Source: Thermodesulfobacteriota bacterium
Lineage (GTDB): Bacteria > Desulfobacterota_D > UBA1144 > Nemesobacterales > UBA2774
Length of the DNA stretch: 34,878 nt
Assembly (NCBI GenBank): GCA_965223335.1
Contig: CBDCWF010000001.1
Coordinates: 1-34,878, forward strand
Direction: 5' to 3'
Shown here: piece after piece, positions 29,288 to 34,878 of the stretch
Numbering within the stretch: the first letter of the stretch is position 1
How the letters are laid out: each line of letters starts with the position of its first letter
Notes under the pieces: model-generated
What the model saw: the letters and a program-made list of their open reading frames with translations, nothing else
What the model was told of the DNA's origin: nothing
Databases searched by the model: none
Made by a program: the position numbers and the translations under genes

Positions 29288-29375
29288 TAAGCTGGTTGGC
29301 TGTGAAAGGGTCTTTTAAAAATTCACCCACACCACACGCCCTAAAACACTATAGAACGTAGAAGGAGACAATAAT

Positions 29376-29831
29376 ATGTCTGGTACAACAAGACTGTTTT
29401 ATGAAGACCTCGAAGAGGGTGCGGAACACAAGAGCACAGGGAGGACCATAACAGAGACCGATGTTGTCAGCTTTGCCGGGCTGTCCGGTGATTTCAATAA
29501 CATGCACATAGACGAGGAATTTGCAAAAAAGACGGTTTTTAAAACCAGGGTGGCTCACGGCCTCTGCGTGCTTTCCGTTGCCTCGGGTCTTTGGTTTACA
29601 ATGCCCAGGCTTGCCACGGTCGCGTTTATGGGGCTTGAGGACTGGAGGTTCTCGGGTGCTGTAAAGTTCGGCGACACCATACACATCACACGCAAGCTTG
29701 TCGAGAAAAAAGAACACAAACGCCCCAACATGGGCTTTTTAATATTTGAGGTAAACGTCCACAATCAAGAGGACGAGGTTGTCCAGAAGGGCAAGTGGGT
29801 AATACTTGTTCAAAGAAAAGAAGAAGCCTAG
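29376..29831 (+). CDS. MaoC hydratase (copy 2)
   Basis: Identical to 6559-7014. Confidence 0.92.
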   Translation: MSGTTRLFYEDLEEGAEHKSTGRTITETDVVSFAGLSGDFNNMHIDEEFAKKTVFKTRVAHGLCVLSVASGLWFTMPRLATVAFMGLEDWRFSGAVKFGDTIHITRKLVEKKEHKRPNMGFLIFEVNVHNQEDEVVQKGKWVILVQRKEEA

Positions 29832-30084
29832 TTTTGATATTAAAAGAGTTTTGTAATTTGTCCAGAACCCCGGGCTTCTTTATGCCCGGGGTTCAATGTA
29901 ACACCCCTCCACAATAGAATATTTTCCAAAAACTTAATATATATAAAAGCCGAATTTTAGTAAATTACTTAAAAAGCACCTTGACACAGACACCCCAAAT
30001 GTGCTAAATCCTATTTCATATGCAAATAAAGACGTGTTTGGGGTACATGTCTTATATCAAACCAGAAAGGAGGTATGGAGAGAA

Positions 30085-30627
30085 ATGGCAATAGATATGT
30101 TGCTCGGTTATGTGTTGTTGCTTGTAGGTTTTGTATTTTTCTGTAACGGTATGACAGTATTAGGTAAAACGGGGGCCAAGGAAGTAGGTGTTTTGAACCT
30201 CGCAGTCGGTATTTTGATTCTGATAGCGGCCTGGAAGCTGCACACGTTAGAACTCACGGCTGCAACCGCTCTGGTCTCGGTTTTTGCTCTTATTTACTTT
30301 ATGGTAGCCGGTATATTCATTAACGGATATGACGCTAAAGGGCTTGGATGGTACTGCCTTTTTGCTACGATTGTTTTCATCTGGTACGGCTATCACTTTT
30401 TCACATTAGAAGCAGCCATTCCTGGAATGATGTACTATGCCATTTTCTGCTGGGCATGGGCATTGCTTGTGTTCCTAGTCTTCCTGGTATTCTCTTTGGG
30501 GAAAGCATTGGGACCGGCTGTTGGATGGCTCTTCTTGATCGAAGCGTTTCTAACACTCTTGATCCCAGGCATGCTTCTTCTCACAGGCAAATGGGGTCCT
30601 ATAGCTGCTCTAAGCGCAGGCGGTTAA
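30085..30627 (+). CDS. AmiS/UreI channel (copy 2)
   Basis: Identical to 7268-7810. Confidence 0.85.
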   Translation: MAIDMLLGYVLLLVGFVFFCNGMTVLGKTGAKEVGVLNLAVGILILIAAWKLHTLELTAATALVSVFALIYFMVAGIFINGYDAKGLGWYCLFATIVFIWYGYHFFTLEAAIPGMMYYAIFCWAWALLVFLVFLVFSLGKALGPAVGWLFLIEAFLTLLIPGMLLLTGKWGPIAALSAGG

Positions 30628-30850
30628 TAGTTGTGTAGGAAGCACTGAGATTTATAAAAACGAATAAATAAAATTAGAAAGGGGAATGTTGATGCAAATC
30701 AGCAATCCCCTTTCTTTTTGTCTTGTGTGATTTTCACTCTGTCTTTTTTCTCGACCTTTTCTCTAGGTCTGTCCTCATATATAATAGGTGTTGAGTTTTT
30801 GTGCATTGATATATTAAAATAGACGAAGGTTTAAAACGGAGGTCTTTGCT

Positions 30851-32002
30851 ATGAGAGACGTTTATATATTAGGGGTAGGAACTACTGCTTGCGGCAGGTT
30901 CCCTGAGAAAGCCGCACACATACTGGGCCGAGAGGCTGCTTGGGCCGCGATCAAAGACGCGGGCATTCACCCGAGAAAGATCGAGATAGCATTTTGCGGC
31001 CATGTGTACCAGGGCATGGGGGTAGGGCAGAGGACGCTCAAGGAAATAGGCCTAGTGGGTCAGCCGACTATAAACGTCGAGGGGGCCTGCGGAAGCGGGA
31101 CGCTCTCATTTTGGGAGGCCTGGAGGACGATAGCCTTCGGCCAATACGATATAGCGCTAGCGCTGGGAATAGAAAACCTAAGCCGAATACTCTCAGGCGG
31201 GCCGCTCCCCTTAGAGGAAGACGACATAGAGGTCTCTTTGGGAATGGGTATGCCGGGTCTATATGCCATGAGGGCAAAACGTTATATGGACGAGTACGGC
31301 GTTACCAGCGAGCAGCTGGCCAAGGTTGTGGTTAAAAGCAGAAAACACGCATCCCTAAACCCCATAGCTCAGTACCGCAAAGAGGTTACCATTGAGGATG
31401 TGCTCGACTCACCCATGATAGCCGACCCCTTGACCCGCAACATGTGCTGTCCAGTAGGCGACGCATCGGCGGCGGCTGTTTTGTGTTCGGCCGACCTTGT
31501 GGACAAGCTCGCGACCAAGACCCCGATAAAGGTGCTTGGCTGTGTGGCACAGTCGGGGAAGTACAGCAGCCCCACAGGTCTAACATGCGACCCTTCTGAG
31601 AACGTAATGAGAACATCCAAGATGGCTTACGAGGCGGCAGGGCTCGGTCCCGAGGACATGGATGTGGCCGAGATACACGATGCGTTTTCAATAGCCGAGA
31701 TGATGGTGTACGAAGCACTGGGTTTTTGCGAGAAAGGCGAGGGCGCCAAGCTCATAGAGGACGGCAGCACATGGGTTGGCGGAGGCGGAGTGGCTGTTAA
31801 TCCGGGGGGAGGGCTTTTGTCCAGAGGTCACCCCGTAGGTGCAACAGGCCTTCTACAGACTGCAGAGATAGTGTGGCAGTTGCGCGGCGAGGCCGGCGAG
31901 CGTCAGTCCGAGGACGCCAAGGTTGGTATCATCGAGACGATGGGCGGCGCACAGCCCGCAATGGACGGCATCACCTGTGTTGTCAGCATATTGGGCAGAT
32001 AA
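30851..32002 (+). CDS. SCP-x-type thiolase (copy 2)
   Basis: Identical to 8034-9185. Confidence 0.9.
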   Translation: MRDVYILGVGTTACGRFPEKAAHILGREAAWAAIKDAGIHPRKIEIAFCGHVYQGMGVGQRTLKEIGLVGQPTINVEGACGSGTLSFWEAWRTIAFGQYDIALALGIENLSRILSGGPLPLEEDDIEVSLGMGMPGLYAMRAKRYMDEYGVTSEQLAKVVVKSRKHASLNPIAQYRKEVTIEDVLDSPMIADPLTRNMCCPVGDASAAAVLCSADLVDKLATKTPIKVLGCVAQSGKYSSPTGLTCDPSENVMRTSKMAYEAAGLGPEDMDVAEIHDAFSIAEMMVYEALGFCEKGEGAKLIEDGSTWVGGGGVAVNPGGGLLSRGHPVGATGLLQTAEIVWQLRGEAGERQSEDAKVGIIETMGGAQPAMDGITCVVSILGR

Positions 32003-32107
32003 ACGAATTACCTAAATCAAAAATTATAGATTTACAAAGGGGGTCGCTCAACCAAGCAAAAGGGTAGGGCGACCCTGTTTTTTTTCGGTCGGTTAAATTA
32101 CAAGGGT

Positions 32108-32878
32108 ATGGGTAATCTAAAAGAAACGGTTAAAAAGTTTGTGGAGCTCGCACTCGATTCCTCTAGCGCAGCCGCGCTAACCGGGGCGGGTATAAGCACC
32201 GAGTCGGGCATACCGGACTACCGCTCTCCAGGCACGGGCCTTTGGGACAAGATGGACCAGTCGGTTGTTTCCCTAGACGGTTTTCTTAGAGAGCCCTCGC
32301 GTTACTATGACTTTGCAAAGGAACTTTATGAGATCAGGAGCTCAGCCAAACCCAACCCGGCGCATTACTTATTGGCCGACCTAGAACAAAGAGGGGTTTT
32401 AAAGGGCATTATAACTCAGAATGTCGACGGACTGCACCAGGATTCAGGATCTGGCACGGTATATGAGCTGCATGGCTCATTACGCCAGACCGTGTGTTTG
32501 AGCTGTAGCTCCCTGGAATCGATGGATGATGCCATGAATAGGGCAATAAGCGGCGAAAATCCACCCCTATGTACCACTTGCGGGGGCATATTGAAGCCAA
32601 ATGCGGTGTTTTTTGGTGAGATGTTACCACGAATACCGTGGGAGAGGGCGCTTGAGCTCTCAAGGCAGGCAGATCTATTCATAGCCATAGGCTCATCGCT
32701 CCAGGTTTCACCGGCAAATACACTCCCCGACATTGCTCTCAAGGCCGGCGCGAAGCTCATTATATTGAATCTAATGCCTACCCCGTACGACTTAGAGGCC
32801 GAGCTTGTGGTCAGAGAGAAGATCGGCGAGTTTTCCACAGCTGTTGCACAGTATTTCGACCGGATACAAACATTATAA
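32108..32878 (+). CDS. cobB: Sir2-family deacylase (copy 2)
   Basis: Identical to 9291-10061. Confidence 0.95.
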   Translation: MGNLKETVKKFVELALDSSSAAALTGAGISTESGIPDYRSPGTGLWDKMDQSVVSLDGFLREPSRYYDFAKELYEIRSSAKPNPAHYLLADLEQRGVLKGIITQNVDGLHQDSGSGTVYELHGSLRQTVCLSCSSLESMDDAMNRAISGENPPLCTTCGGILKPNAVFFGEMLPRIPWERALELSRQADLFIAIGSSLQVSPANTLPDIALKAGAKLIILNLMPTPYDLEAELVVREKIGEFSTAVAQYFDRIQTL

Positions 32879-33092
32879 CCCTCTAAAATGACAAGATTTT
32901 CGACAAAATCTGCCGAATTAAGCATTTTACTTAAAATTTTTTCGAAATCCTAAAAAAAACCTCTTGACAACCACCCCCAATTTTTGATATAAATATGTGA
33001 AGATGGGGTGCGGAACTGTAGATCCCCTACGGTTCTCATCTGGGATTGATCACAATCCAGCTTTTAAAATTTATATAAGGAGGTTTGTATAT

Positions 33093-34064
33093 ATGCCAAG
33101 TCATCTTAATGTCCCCACGAAGTATTGGGAACTCACCAAGGAGGTTCCACCTCCCCCAATAGAGAGAGACATAAATACATGGATCATAGCTAATCCTTCG
33201 GATCCGCTATGGGATATCGATGTTATCCCTCTAACTTATACTGACAGCCGCTGGTCTGCTTTTGTTCTTAGAGTAGACGAGGCTACAAGGCAGCGTCTTT
33301 GCCCGAACCCACCTCTTACGGTGTGGGATGGAGAGGATGCAGACCTAGTAGAGTATTGGTATGTTGAGCATAAGAATACGATGTTAGGGCCATACCTTGA
33401 GTTTGGTGTGACTATTTCTGCTACTTATAAAGATCCTAAGGGTAATGTTTATAAAGCAGGTTATTATCCATATATGTACCTAACCGGAGACGCCCCAGTT
33501 GACGCTGGTCGTGTTCTTGGTTTCCCGAAAAAGATGTCATACATCAGAATCACCACCCACGGTGGAGAGAAGGGAACTGATTTCTTCGGTTTTGCAATGT
33601 CTCGTAACGGATACCTGATGCATAGCGCAACAGGTCAGTTCGATGACAAACAGGTAAAACCCCCATTCTTCTATGGTAAAACAGATTGGGGCAAGTTTAA
33701 TATGAAAGTTGTTACACGCCCGGACGTTTCAAGTTCCGAGTGGCAGCTTACATATATCGCCTCAGAGTTACCAGAAGCTTTCAACATTAAGGGCCATCGC
33801 TTCCAGATTAAGCCTGAGCATACACGTACAGCCTCAAGCGATGCCATTAACTGGTTCCAGCAGGCAACACCATTTGATAACATGGGTGCTGAGGTCAAGA
33901 TTCAGGAAGTTACAGGTCTTATCTCTTTTGTATTTGACCTTGTTATTCCTGTGCCTTCGGTACTATGGACGGAGACCTATGAGCGTCCTGCTAGCTACAG
34001 AGGATATGCTACTCCGTATAAATATGGACTGCGCCAACAGTTCCCAATTAGCCAGGGATCATAA
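33093..34064 (+). CDS. ADC-superfamily protein A (copy 2)
   Basis: Identical to 10276-11247. Confidence 0.8.
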   Translation: MPSHLNVPTKYWELTKEVPPPPIERDINTWIIANPSDPLWDIDVIPLTYTDSRWSAFVLRVDEATRQRLCPNPPLTVWDGEDADLVEYWYVEHKNTMLGPYLEFGVTISATYKDPKGNVYKAGYYPYMYLTGDAPVDAGRVLGFPKKMSYIRITTHGGEKGTDFFGFAMSRNGYLMHSATGQFDDKQVKPPFFYGKTDWGKFNMKVVTRPDVSSSEWQLTYIASELPEAFNIKGHRFQIKPEHTRTASSDAINWFQQATPFDNMGAEVKIQEVTGLISFVFDLVIPVPSVLWTETYERPASYRGYATPYKYGLRQQFPISQGS

Positions 34065-34139
34065 TAGGCTGGACCGTATGTGAAAGTTGTTTTTTGTTAA
34101 AGCAAATGAAAAACGTAAAAAATTATAGGAGGTATTTCA

Positions 34140-34878
34140 ATGGGTTTACAGGCAAATGAATATAGCTATCCTTGGTTAGCTGAAGGCGAGGTTCCACCTC
34201 TACCATTAGATAGAGATAGGATCCACATCATCAGTCAGGGCGTAGCTGACCCGGTTTTTGACTATGATATTGTACCCCTGACATACACAGAGAGCCGCTG
34301 GATGGCTTATGTTATCCGTGCTGACTTTGATGGTATGAAAGCGGTTGTTCCCAATCCTATCGAGGTTCAAGATGACGTAATCGAGTTCTGGTACGTTATT
34401 CACAGAAACACGATGCTTGGGCCATACATGGAAATGGGTGTAACATTCTCGGCTACAGTAGATTCCGGCGACGGACAGATCTACAAAGCTGGTTACTATC
34501 CTTACATGTATCTCTCGAACGACTCCCCGATTTTTGCAGGTAAAGAGCCGTTTGGTTTCCCCAAGAAAGCTGCCTATATCGCAGCATTCGAGCATGGGAC
34601 AAACAACAACTACTTCAACATGCTGATGGAGCGCCGCGGTTACATTCTACACACCGCTAACGGACGCTATTCCGACAAACCTCTGTCAACAAGGCCTACG
34701 TTCTATGGTAAAACAGATTGGGGCCGCATGAATTATCGTATTACCACACACCCGGATGTAACGAAGAGTACCCACGAGGTTACCTATCTGCCATCCGAGT
34801 TGCCACCAGGATTTGGGACGGGACACCGCTTCCAGCTGAACCCTGATAGCATCCGTACCGCTACAGGCGACGACATTC
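34140..34878 (+). CDS. ADC-superfamily protein B (copy 2, truncated by the window end)
   Basis: Matches 11,323-12,061. Confidence 0.8.
   Translation, partial: MGLQANEYSYPWLAEGEVPPLPLDRDRIHIISQGVADPVFDYDIVPLTYTESRWMAYVIRADFDGMKAVVPNPIEVQDDVIEFWYVIHRNTMLGPYMEMGVTFSATVDSGDGQIYKAGYYPYMYLSNDSPIFAGKEPFGFPKKAAYIAAFEHGTNNNYFNMLMERRGYILHTANGRYSDKPLSTRPTFYGKTDWGRMNYRITTHPDVTKSTHEVTYLPSELPPGFGTGHRFQLNPDSIRTATGDDI

Larger units (their letters stand above)
22821..34878. repeat. Copy 2 of the duplicated segment (probable circular overlap)
   Basis: Same ORFs and intergenic sequence as 1-12,061. Confidence 0.98.

Noticed and set aside
1..34878. Host taxonomic assignment
   Set aside because: There is no rRNA or ribosomal-protein marker. 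My impression of a Desulfobacterota/Dadabacteria-like host cannot be supported without a UvrC or Lhr homology search.

Overview
The window holds about 1.53 head-to-tail copies of one 22,817-bp unit. Bases 1-12,061 recur at about 22,821-34,878, and the only differences I found are small indels and substitutions in the first ~570 bp. The simplest reading is an over-assembled 22.8-kb circular bacterial replicon. Its backbone has five parts: (i) a DnaD-N/phage-replisome-organizer-like wHTH initiator whose gene contains four 24-bp palindromic iterons followed by an AT-rich tract; (ii) a predicted ~60-nt antisense RNA in the rep leader; (iii) a divergent Soj/ParA; (iv) an overlapping non-ParB wHTH gene carrying nine intragenic 12-bp repeats (candidate centromere); (v) a dif-like XerC/D site in a 1.4-kb AT-rich gap where GC skew flips. 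The cargo looks chromosomal: uvrC, full-length lhr, bcp, a YjgR/DUF853 ATPase, a sirtuin, and an acyl-CoA catabolic cluster (Cys-less thiolase-like protein, Zn-less DUF35, MaoC hydratase, AmiS/UreI channel, SCP-x-type thiolase, two acetoacetate-decarboxylase-like paralogs). I saw no integrase, transposase, relaxase, toxin-antitoxin or phage structural genes. Best hypothesis (inference): a miniature chromid or mini-chromosome with an unusual Rep/ctRNA/ParA/wHTH maintenance module. All family calls come from motif recognition by eye; no database searches were run.
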